Shown: positions 1 through 8,016 of the stretch, piece after piece | How positions within the stretch are numbered: position 1 is the stretch's first letter | Layout: each line of letters opens with the position of its first letter | Source of the DNA: Candidatus Nanopusillus sp. | GTDB lineage: Archaea; Nanobdellota; Nanobdellia; Nanobdellales; Nanobdellaceae | Assembly: GCA_028275885.1 (NCBI GenBank) | Contig: JAPWTW010000006.1 | Coordinates: 1 to 32,000, forward strand | Length of the DNA: 32,000 nucleotides | Reading direction: 5' to 3' | Program-made: the position numbers and the translations under genes | The notes under the pieces: model-generated | Told to the model about the DNA's origin: nothing | The model's input: only the letters and a program-made list of their open reading frames with translations | Databases searched by the model: none

Positions 1-588
1 ATGGAACTGTTGACTTGTATCTCCAAATAATGCTATTGCATTTGTATCTGAACCATAAGTATAATACCAAGCCTCTTCAACAATCAGAGGTATTAAAGGT
101 ATATTCCAATTGTTTGGAGATAAAATAAAACTACCTTCCCAATTGTAATTATTTAGCATTTCAATACCATTTGGAGTTGCTGTAGGAGTAATTACATTAA
201 AAAGATATCCTGTCCAATTATCAAATGTATTATTAAAATATCCATATGCTATAAATACATATTTACCATTATCATATATTCTAGAAGAGTCTACTTGAGG
301 AGAAGCACCTACGTAAGGATAATATTGTTGGTAATAATTTGAAGAACTATTTCCTATATACATATATATTGTTACATTACTATTAGCAGGGATACCATTA
401 TCTAATCTTATCCACCATATTTTACAATTTGTACTTCCATTAATAAATTGACCTAAATACCATGAATATATGTTTGGAGTACTGTTGTAATTTGTAGTAA
501 AGTATACATTTTTACCATCTGGACTTATTTGATTAAATAATGTTACATTATTTATATAGGCAAAATTAGACCAATATTTATTGTTCCA
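1..588 (-). CDS. Partial CDS whose 3' part runs off the window edge. It encodes the extracellular domain of a large surface protein and appears to be an out-of-frame continuation of the pilin-like ORF 552..1208.
   Basis: Hand translation of the minus strand, in the frame whose last codon is 3..1, is stop-free from 588 to 1. It reads WNNKYWSNFAYINNVTLFNQISPDGKNVYFTTNYNSTPNIYSWYLGQFINGSTNCKIWWIRLDNGIPANSNVTIYMYIGNSSSNYYQQYYPYVGASPQVDSSRIYDNGKYVF...GDTSQQFH. It is absent from the ORF track because it has no stop inside the window. The Asn/aromatic-rich composition with N-x-S/T sequons fits archaeal surface proteins. Confidence 0.55.
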
Positions 589-1208
589 TTACATATTGCT
601 ATTTGTTGTTGAAATGGAGCGGGAGTTGGAATATTTTGAGTATTATATATTATTATTGGAATGTATCCTGAGCTAATTCCAGTAGTATTAGTAGATGAAC
701 CTGATATTGAATTACTACTAGAATTAAAAGCATATAATAAATTAAATTTATTATTTCCCAATATATCATAATTATAACTTATTCCATTATATACAAAATT
801 AGTACTTTTTATATAATCTACATAATTATAATAGCAAATATTATTTATTATATAACATAAACTATTACTTCCTATAGGTATTATATTTCCATTATTACAT
901 ATAATATTACTTCCATTTATAGATATAGTATTACCATAATTATCAGTAAATATTATTATAGAATTATTTATATTTATTGGTATATTTCCTTTATTATAGA
1001 TATTAAAATATAATGTATTATTTGAACAATATACATTACTTATTGTAAAAGATATAATTTTAGATTGTTGATTAACTAAATTATTTGATGAAGATGTTAA
1101 TGAAGAAAACATACCTGAAGTAAATGCATAAAATATTCCAGCAATTGCAACAGTAATAACAATTATTAATATTGATGCTATTATTGGAGAAATAGATCTA
1201 ATATACAT
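552..1208 (-). CDS. Archaeal type IV pilin-like protein with a class III signal peptide and Pilin_N-type N-terminus. Probably the N-terminal part of a larger surface protein.
   Basis: The N-terminus MYIRS/ISPIIASILIIVITVAIAGIFYAF matches the archaeal prepilin pattern: a short basic leader, then SP(I/V)IA..L.. (I/V)TV hydrophobic helix. The rest is a beta-rich, Asn-rich region with many N-x-S/T sequons. It ends in IPTPAPFQQQIAICNG just before the frame break. A TTTATAAA box at about 1229-1236 lies roughly 20-28 nt upstream of the ATG, which suggests a leaderless transcript. Confidence 0.6.
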   Translation of the reverse strand: MYIRSISPIIASILIIVITVAIAGIFYAFTSGMFSSLTSSSNNLVNQQSKIISFTISNVYCSNNTLYFNIYNKGNIPININNSIIIFTDNYGNTISINGSNIICNNGNIIPIGSNSLCYIINNICYYNYVDYIKSTNFVYNGISYNYDILGNNKFNLLYAFNSSSNSISGSSTNTTGISSGYIPIIIYNTQNIPTPAPFQQQIAICNGTINIGLILPI

Positions 1209-1406
1209 GTAATATCTGTTTTTTTTAGTTTATAAATATTTTATGCTAGACATGATTTAGACTAAGACAAATAAATAATATATTATAGAAAGTATATGCA
1301 TAGATAAGTCGTAATCTTTTATATTGCTATATATTGCTTTATATATTAGTTAATTAATCTATGAATAATTTACCAATAATTAGAATTATAAAAAATAAAA
1401 TTTCAA

Positions 1407-1490
1407 TGCGGCGGAGGGGATTTGAACCCCTGGCGGATCTTATCCAATCGGACCTCAACCGACCCCCTTTGACCTCTCGGGCACCGCCGC
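1407..1490 (-). tRNA. tRNA-Leu (anticodon GAG), class II with a long variable arm; no encoded CCA
   Basis: The reverse complement reads GCGGCGG-UG-CCC-GAGAGGUCAAA-GGG-G-GUCGG-UUGAGGU-CCGAU-(UGGAUAAGAUCCGCC)-AGGGG-UUCAAAU-CCCCU-CCGCCGC-A. This gives a perfect 7-bp acceptor stem, U33, anticodon GAG, G37, a variable-arm hairpin GGAU/AUCC and a TPsiC loop UUCAAAU. It is the only strongly GC-rich island in the window. A T-rich run follows on the minus strand (about 1385-1400). Confidence 0.93.
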
Positions 1491-1608
1491 GTATTTTATT
1501 TTATATCTTCTAAAATTTTAAAATATGAGAAATATTATCTACAAAACAAGATATAAAAAATTACAATATAATATTTTTGAAACTATAGTTTACTACTGAT
1601 TTTTAAAT

Positions 1609-2112
1609 CTAATTACAACAACAACAACGATTTAAATTTTCTACAATATTTCTTGGAATTTTAAGTTTTTTAATATCTTTTCCTTTATTCAACCCTAACA
1701 AAAATATTAAATTGATTATAAATAAAATATCACTAATAATTAATAAAAATTCTCCAAATTTATATATATTCAATCCAAACATTGGGGCAAGCGTTCCAAC
1801 CAGAATTGCAAAAGAACCTGTACTACATCCAACCAAACATGCTTGAAATCCAGCGAAACCAAATATTGCAGAAATAAATGATAAAATATTTCCAGAGTAA
1901 AATCTCCTATAATTGATTATCATAAAAGAAATTAAAGCAAAATTTAAAGAAAATAAAATTACATATAAATATGCAAGGATTTTTATATGAATTGAAGCCA
2001 GTAATAAACCTAAAAATATTGATTTAATATAAAAATAACCAATCACAAAAAATATTATAATTGATATAATTCCAACTTTACTTTTTATCATATCTTTTAA
2101 TAAATTATTCAT
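1609..2112 (-). CDS. Hypothetical polytopic membrane protein with a C-terminal CCCC motif
   Basis: 167 aa with about 4-5 hydrophobic segments and an intramembrane GFQACLVGCSTG motif. The cytoplasmic-looking tail ends in NRCCCCN followed by TAG. I recognise no family. Confidence 0.4.
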   Translation of the reverse strand: MNNLLKDMIKSKVGIISIIIFFVIGYFYIKSIFLGLLLASIHIKILAYLYVILFSLNFALISFMIINYRRFYSGNILSFISAIFGFAGFQACLVGCSTGSFAILVGTLAPMFGLNIYKFGEFLLIISDILFIINLIFLLGLNKGKDIKKLKIPRNIVENLNRCCCCN

Positions 2113-2163
2113 TTATTATAATATTTCAAAATATTTTTTAAATATTTTTTATAAGTATTTGAA

Positions 2164-3604
2164 ATGAGCAACAATCGGTGTAATTTATATATATAATACA
2201 TTAACAAAGAGAAAAGAGATATTTGAACCAATAGAATATCCATTTGTAAAAATATATCATTGTGGAATAACACCATATGATACATCACATATTGGTCATT
2301 TAAGGTCAGAAATTTCTTTAGATATTATAAGAAGAATATTTAGATATTTTGGATATATAGATATAGCAATTAGTAACTTTACAGATATAGATGATAAAAT
2401 AATAAAAAGAGCAAGAGAATTAAATTTATTAAATGATTGGCAAAAAATACCTGAAGAATATATAAAATATCATTTAAAACAAGTAAAGAGATTAAATAAT
2501 TTGCCATTTTATATAAATCCAAGAGTTACAACACATATTAACGATATTGTAGATTTTATAAAAGATTTAATAAATAAAGGATATGCATACAAAGGAAAAT
2601 ATAGTATATATTATGATATAGATAAATATCCATATTATGGACAATTGTCTGGAACAAAAAAAGAACAATGGGAACAAGAAACAGAATTTTTAGAAGATAA
2701 AAAACATCCATATGATTTTGCATTATGGAAATTTAAAAAAGAAGATGAACCATATTGGAATACGGAAATAGGAGAAGGAAGACCTGGTTGGCATATTGAA
2801 TGTTCTACAATGTCATCAAAATATTTAGGACCACAATTTGATATACATTCGGGAGGTCAGGATTTAATATTTCCACATCATGAAAATGAAATTGCACAAT
2901 CAGAAGCTAGGTTTAATACACATCCATGGGTAAAATATTGGTTACATTTTGGATTTATAAAAATTAGAGGAGAGAAAATGAGCAAAAGTTTAGGAAATAT
3001 AATACCTGCAAAAGAATTTTTAGATAAATATGGAGAAGATATTACAAGATTTTATATTGGATCTTATCATTATAGAGAACCAATTGATATAAATGAAGAG
3101 AGTATAAATCAAGCAAAAGAAAATTATAGATATATAAGTTCAACAATTAAAACAATTGCAAATGAAGTAAATAGTTTGGATAGAACATTTTATTTAGATG
3201 ATAATAAAATAAAAATATGGAAAGAATTATTAAATTATGAAAAAGAATTTATAAATAGTATAAAAGATGATTTTAATACAAGAGAAGCTACAAGAATATT
3301 ATTAGAGGCAACAAATTATATAAATAAAAATGTTATTGGATCTGAAACATTTACATTATACTTTACTTCATATAATTTCTATAACATTGCTTCAAGAATT
3401 TATGGTTTATGGGAGGATATATTTTATGGAAAAGAAAGTAAAGAAAACCTAACAAATATTTTATTAAATATAATTATAGATATTAGAAATGAATTAAGAA
3501 AAAATAAAAATTATGAATTATCTGATAAAATAAGAGAAGAACTTAGAAAAGTTGGTATAGATTTATTGGATCAAAGAAATAAAACAATATATAGATTTAT
3601 ATAA
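2164..3604 (+). CDS. cysS: Cysteinyl-tRNA synthetase; the 5' end needs a frame change or a non-canonical start
   Basis: The ORF track reports only 2501..3604, starting at TTG. The same frame is open back to 2168 and encodes the conserved class I N-terminus: YNTLTKRKEIFEP...YHCGITPYDTSHIGHLRS (HIGH motif at 2288-2299). The KMSKS loop (EKMSKSLGN) lies downstream, as does WHIECS. A span of 2164..3604 would give about 480 aa, the normal CysRS size. Confidence 0.88.
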
Positions 3605-3643
3605 AAATTATTATTTTTTAACTTTTTTATTAAAAATAAGTGA

Positions 3644-4843
3644 ATGGATGATATAATATATCCTGATTTATCAGTAATAATACTGGGACATGTTGATCAT
3701 GGAAAAACAACTTTGGCAAAATCATTAACAGGTAAATGGTTATCAAAACATTCTGAAGAAATAAAAAGAGGATTAACAATAAAATTGGGATATGCAGATT
3801 TTACAATATATAAATGTGAAGAACATGGGTATTTTACAGAAAAAATATGTCCAATATGCAATAAAGAAAATAAACCAATTAGAAAAATATCTATTGTAGA
3901 TGCCCCTGGTCATGAAAGTTTATTAATGGTAATGTTAACAGGTGCTGCAATTGTTGATGCTGCTATATTAGTTATTGCTGCAAATGAACCGGTCCCACAA
4001 CCACAAACATTAGAACATTTAGTAGCGTTTAAATATTTGGGAAATAAACCATTAATAATTGTACAAAATAAAATTGATCTAATAACAAAAGAGGAAGCAA
4101 TGAAAAATTATCAAGAAATATTAAATTTACTAGATAAATTAAATATTGATAAAAATAAAGTAAAAATAATCCCAATATCTGCAATAAATAATATAAATAT
4201 AAATTACTTATTAGAAGAATTAGTTAACTTACCAAAACCTGAAAAAGATGAAAATTCAGATCCAATATTTTTAATATCTAGATCTTTTGATGTAAATAAA
4301 CCAGGTACAGATATAGAAAAATTAGTTGGAGGAGTTTTAGGAGGAAGTTTATTAAGAGGTAAATTAAAATTAAATGATGAAATAGAAATAAGACCTGGAT
4401 TGTTTATTAATAATAAATGGATTCCTATAAAAACAAAAATAGTTTCGTTAAAGCATGGTAATTATGATGTAGAAGAAATATTACCAAGGGGAACTGCTGG
4501 AATTGGAACAAGTTTAGATCCTTCAGTTACAAAAGATGATACATTGGCAGGTCAAATTGCTGGATATGCAAATAAATTGCCCCCTCAGTATGATGAAATA
4601 AAGGTAAAATATGAAGTAATAAAAGAATTATTCAATGAAAATGAAAAAATTCAAAAAGGAGAAACAGTAATAGTAGGAATATATAATATAATTTCTGATG
4701 GAATTGTAAAAAATATAGAAAAGGAAAATATAATCACTATAAAATTAAATAAACCAGTTCTAGGATATAAAGATGATAAAGTAATAATATTAAGAAATAT
4801 TAATAGGAGATGGAAGATATTTGCAATTGGTAAATTATTATGA
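3644..4843 (+). CDS. eif2g: Translation initiation factor aIF2 gamma subunit
   Basis: GTPase motifs GHVDHGKTTL, DAPGHE and QNKIDL are present, with a Cys-rich knuckle (CEEHGY...CPIC) in the G domain and EF-Tu-like domains II/III. The TGA stop overlaps the ATG of the next gene (ATGA). Confidence 0.92.
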   Translation: MDDIIYPDLSVIILGHVDHGKTTLAKSLTGKWLSKHSEEIKRGLTIKLGYADFTIYKCEEHGYFTEKICPICNKENKPIRKISIVDAPGHESLLMVMLTGAAIVDAAILVIAANEPVPQPQTLEHLVAFKYLGNKPLIIVQNKIDLITKEEAMKNYQEILNLLDKLNIDKNKVKIIPISAINNININYLLEELVNLPKPEKDENSDPIFLISRSFDVNKPGTDIEKLVGGVLGGSLLRGKLKLNDEIEIRPGLFINNKWIPIKTKIVSLKHGNYDVEEILPRGTAGIGTSLDPSVTKDDTLAGQIAGYANKLPPQYDEIKVKYEVIKELFNENEKIQKGETVIVGIYNIISDGIVKNIEKENIITIKLNKPVLGYKDDKVIILRNINRRWKIFAIGKLL

Positions 4844-5247
4844 AATATAAGATATTAATTGATACAAACATATTTTTTATTCCATTTTATGAAAACTTTG
4901 ATATAATAAATGAATTGAAAGATTTTCTAATGAAAAATAATATTGAATATGAAGGATTTTATACATTAAGAAAAAATATTATTGAAATTGAAAGTAAGAT
5001 AAATAGTTCGAAATCTGAAAAATGGAAAAGAATATATAATTTAGTATTGGAATACATAAAAAAGAATAATATAAATATTGTAGAAACAAAAGAAAATTAT
5101 GAAAAGACAGATAGACTTATAATAAAAACAGCATTATCTGATAAATTTATTGTATGTACATTAGATAAAAATTTAAGGATAATATTAAGGAAATTACATA
5201 TACCAGTAATTTTTTATTCAAATAAGAGATTACATATAATATGGTAA
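4840..5247 (+). CDS. PIN-domain protein, Fcf1/Utp24-like putative rRNA-processing endonuclease
   Basis: Contains ILIDTNIFFIP (first acidic PIN residue), ...TDRLIIKTAL...VCTLDKNLRIILRKLHIPVI. The position directly downstream of aIF2-gamma is typical in archaea. Confidence 0.7.
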   Translation: MKYKILIDTNIFFIPFYENFDIINELKDFLMKNNIEYEGFYTLRKNIIEIESKINSSKSEKWKRIYNLVLEYIKKNNINIVETKENYEKTDRLIIKTALSDKFIVCTLDKNLRIILRKLHIPVIFYSNKRLHIIW

Positions 5248-6089
5248 CAAATGCTGGACCTGAATTTTATGCTGCTAAAGAAAAATATGAAAATGCTAAA
5301 ACTCCAGAAGAAAAATTAAAATATTTATATGAAATGTTAAAAACTGCTCCCAAACATAAAGGATCTGAACATTTAATTGCATGGATAAATAAAAAAATAT
5401 CTGAATATGAAAAAATAATTGAAGAAAGTAAATATAAAAAGGGAAGGAGCGGTATAAAATTAATAGAAAAATCTGGCGATATTTTGATAAGTATATTAGG
5501 AATAGAAAACTCGGGAAAAAGTTATTTTTTAAGAAAATTCACGAATGCAAATGTTGAGGTAAGTGAAATTCCTTTTTCTACAATAAATCCTGCAATTGGT
5601 ACCATATTTTATAATTGTGTATATTATCAATTTGTTGAAATTCCATCCACATTTGAAAGAAAATTTAGATCAATTTTATCATTATCAGATTATTATATAT
5701 TAATGTTAGATGAAAAAAGAGATATAAAAGAGCAATTGGAAAGAATAAATAAATTTTCTGAAGGGATAATTGAATTTAATACAATTCCAAATAATAAATA
5801 TAAAGTAATATATAATAAATTTGATGATTTTAAAAATATAAATTTACAAGAAATATTAGAAAATATAATTAAAGATCTAAATTTAATAAGGGTAAAACCA
5901 ATAGATTCTGATCATTGTATAATATTAAATAAAGATTCTACTATAAAAGATTTCATTGAAAAAATAAATAAAAAGTGGATAGATAAATTTAGATATGCAA
6001 AGATAATTAGGAAAAATATGATTATAAGAGCTGGATTAAATTATAAATTAGAAGATAAAGATATTGTTGAATTAAAATTAAAAATATAA
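5241..6089 (+). CDS. DRG-family (Obg-like) GTP-binding protein with a C-terminal TGS domain; G motifs partly degenerate
   Basis: The N-terminal helix TAPKHKGSEHLIAWINKKIS resembles the DRG motif (T.KNKATE.H.G.LKAK). G1 is GIENSGKS, switch I is IPFSTINP and G4 is NKFD. The TGS-like C-terminus reads IRVKP...STIKDFIEKI...RYAKI...GLNYKLEDKDIVEL. Confidence 0.72.
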   Translation: MVTNAGPEFYAAKEKYENAKTPEEKLKYLYEMLKTAPKHKGSEHLIAWINKKISEYEKIIEESKYKKGRSGIKLIEKSGDILISILGIENSGKSYFLRKFTNANVEVSEIPFSTINPAIGTIFYNCVYYQFVEIPSTFERKFRSILSLSDYYILMLDEKRDIKEQLERINKFSEGIIEFNTIPNNKYKVIYNKFDDFKNINLQEILENIIKDLNLIRVKPIDSDHCIILNKDSTIKDFIEKINKKWIDKFRYAKIIRKNMIIRAGLNYKLEDKDIVELKLKI

Positions 6090-6350
6090 TTATTTATTCT
6101 TTTCAAGCTTTTCTTTTAATTCTATTATATCCTTCCTAGTATATTCTAATAATATTGCAATTACAGATAACCATAATACTGTCAACCATGTAAATAGAGC
6201 TGCTATAACCATAGCAGCTGAACCTTGTAATGCAACTGGTAGTTCTATGCTCTTAAATAATAAAAGATATCCTAATATCATATTAATAAAAAATCCTACC
6301 AACAATATTATTTCTAACAGATTTGGCATTTTGTAATCAAAGCCGACCAT
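6090..6350 (-). CDS. Small hypothetical membrane protein (2 TM segments)
   Basis: 86 aa with two clear hydrophobic helices and a charged C-terminal tail (KDIIELKEKLEKNK). No family recognised. Confidence 0.4.
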   Translation of the reverse strand: MVGFDYKMPNLLEIILLVGFFINMILGYLLLFKSIELPVALQGSAAMVIAALFTWLTVLWLSVIAILLEYTRKDIIELKEKLEKNK

Positions 6351-6386
6351 TATTAATTTTTAAATTAAATATTTATATATATTTCT

Positions 6387-6872
6387 ATGAAAAGTTTAGA
6401 CAAAAAATCAAGAAAAGAGTTAATTGAAGTATTAAAAAACAACTATAAAATAGAATGCGAAAAATTAAAAAATGAGAATATTTTTTTAGATGAAGAAAAT
6501 AATATTTACATATATAATAATATTCCAATAGCATTTATAAAAGATAAGATAATATATCCAACAATATTTTTGATAAATGAATGTGAAACAAATATGAATT
6601 ACATTAAAGTAAATATTGGAGCAAAAGAAAAAATATTAAATGGTGCAGATGTTTTTAGACCTGGAATAATTGAATTTTCAGATTTCAAAAAGGATGAAAT
6701 AATATTAATAATATCTGAAGATAATAAATTATTAGCAATTGGAAAAGCGTTATATGATAGTAATGATGCTATTAAAATGGAAAAAGGAAAAATAGTAGAA
6801 AATATACATTATTATGGAGATAAAATAACAAAATATTATTTAAATAAAATTAAAAATCGTTTTTTGCTTTAA
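6387..6872 (+). CDS. PUA-domain RNA-binding protein (Tma20/MCT-1-like)
   Basis: The C-terminal half carries the PUA signature ILNGADVFRPGI...DEIILIISEDNKLLAIGKALYDS...GKIVENIHYYGDKI. Confidence 0.65.
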   Translation: MKSLDKKSRKELIEVLKNNYKIECEKLKNENIFLDEENNIYIYNNIPIAFIKDKIIYPTIFLINECETNMNYIKVNIGAKEKILNGADVFRPGIIEFSDFKKDEIILIISEDNKLLAIGKALYDSNDAIKMEKGKIVENIHYYGDKITKYYLNKIKNRFLL

Positions 6873-7985
6873 TAAATTACTATATTTCCTTAATTTATAT
6901 ACTGAAACATTATATTTATTCATGAATTTATTATTTAAATATTCTATTAATTCATTATAATTATCAAATTTTTCTACTAAATTATTTAACATATATTTAG
7001 TTCCTTCTCTAACAACCCAAACACCCAAAGGAATTTTATATTCTTTTGTTACAAACCTAAATACAACTAAATTTCCAACCATTTTATAATTTCTCATAAA
7101 TTCTGCAAAAGATAATTTTAAAGCACTATAACCTCCAGATTCATTATCTCTACCAATTATACTATATTTAGAATTTAAATTATATACAGAACCTGGTATT
7201 AATGTTTCAATCAATTCACATTTTCCATCACCTGGAAAAAATACTCCATAAAAATCATTTCCATATAAAGAATAATAAAATAAATAATATTTATCATTAA
7301 TTTTAGAATAATCCTTTATTTCTTCCTTTATTTTTTTCTCTAAAATTTCATGAACTGCAGTTATTGCCCATTTGCTTGGAACTAATCTTTTATTTATTTT
7401 ATACCCAAAGAAACCCATTGAAAATAACCTTGATAAATAATAATCAGACATTCCAGATTTATATAAATAATATATAGAATCCTCAGCTTTCATTTCTTCT
7501 ATTTTATATATTTCTTTTGGTATTTTTGGATTTTCATTTATTTTTATTTTATCTATTATTCCAGAATATCCATATAAACCTATTATCTTTGAAATTTTCA
7601 TATTTTTACTTATTTTATTTAGATGTATTTCCAAATTTATTGATTTAACTGATAACATTGAATCTAAAATTTCATTATATAATTTATCATTTTTTCTTGG
7701 TAAGTTTGCATCTACAATTTTCTTTGCATTTATTAAACTTATTCTGCTCTTTATAATTTCTTCAATATCTATATTATTTTTTGCCCAATATATAGGATTA
7801 TCATATAATTCTATATTTTCGTTATAAGATGTTAACACACCCAAAGATAATTTTGGATAATTAATTGAACTAATTAAATTTGATGGAGGGGTATATCCAT
7901 TTATTTCCTTTTTTAATATTATGGATTTTCCATATAATTTCTTATATTTTTCTGCAAGTTTCTTTGCATTTATAACATCTATCAT
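6840..7985 (-). CDS. Archaeal Nre-family (DUF650/DUF651) putative DNA-repair protein with a C-terminal PIP-like box
   Basis: YTPPSNLISSINYPKLSLGVL resembles the Nre_N motif (PPSVFVG..GYP.V.VGP). LVPSKWAITAVHE resembles the Nre_C motif (P.(R/K)W(S/A)ITAVD). The extreme C-terminus QKTIFNFI fits a PCNA-interacting Qxx(I/L/M)xx(F/Y)(F/Y/I) box. This is family recall from memory, not a search. Confidence 0.55.
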   Translation of the reverse strand: MIDVINAKKLAEKYKKLYGKSIILKKEINGYTPPSNLISSINYPKLSLGVLTSYNENIELYDNPIYWAKNNIDIEEIIKSRISLINAKKIVDANLPRKNDKLYNEILDSMLSVKSINLEIHLNKISKNMKISKIIGLYGYSGIIDKIKINENPKIPKEIYKIEEMKAEDSIYYLYKSGMSDYYLSRLFSMGFFGYKINKRLVPSKWAITAVHEILEKKIKEEIKDYSKINDKYYLFYYSLYGNDFYGVFFPGDGKCELIETLIPGSVYNLNSKYSIIGRDNESGGYSALKLSFAEFMRNYKMVGNLVVFRFVTKEYKIPLGVWVVREGTKYMLNNLVEKFDNYNELIEYLNNKFMNKYNVSVYKLRKYSNLLKQKTIFNFI

Positions 7986-8016
7986 TAGATTTTTATTTAT
8001 TTTTTAAATTATAAGT

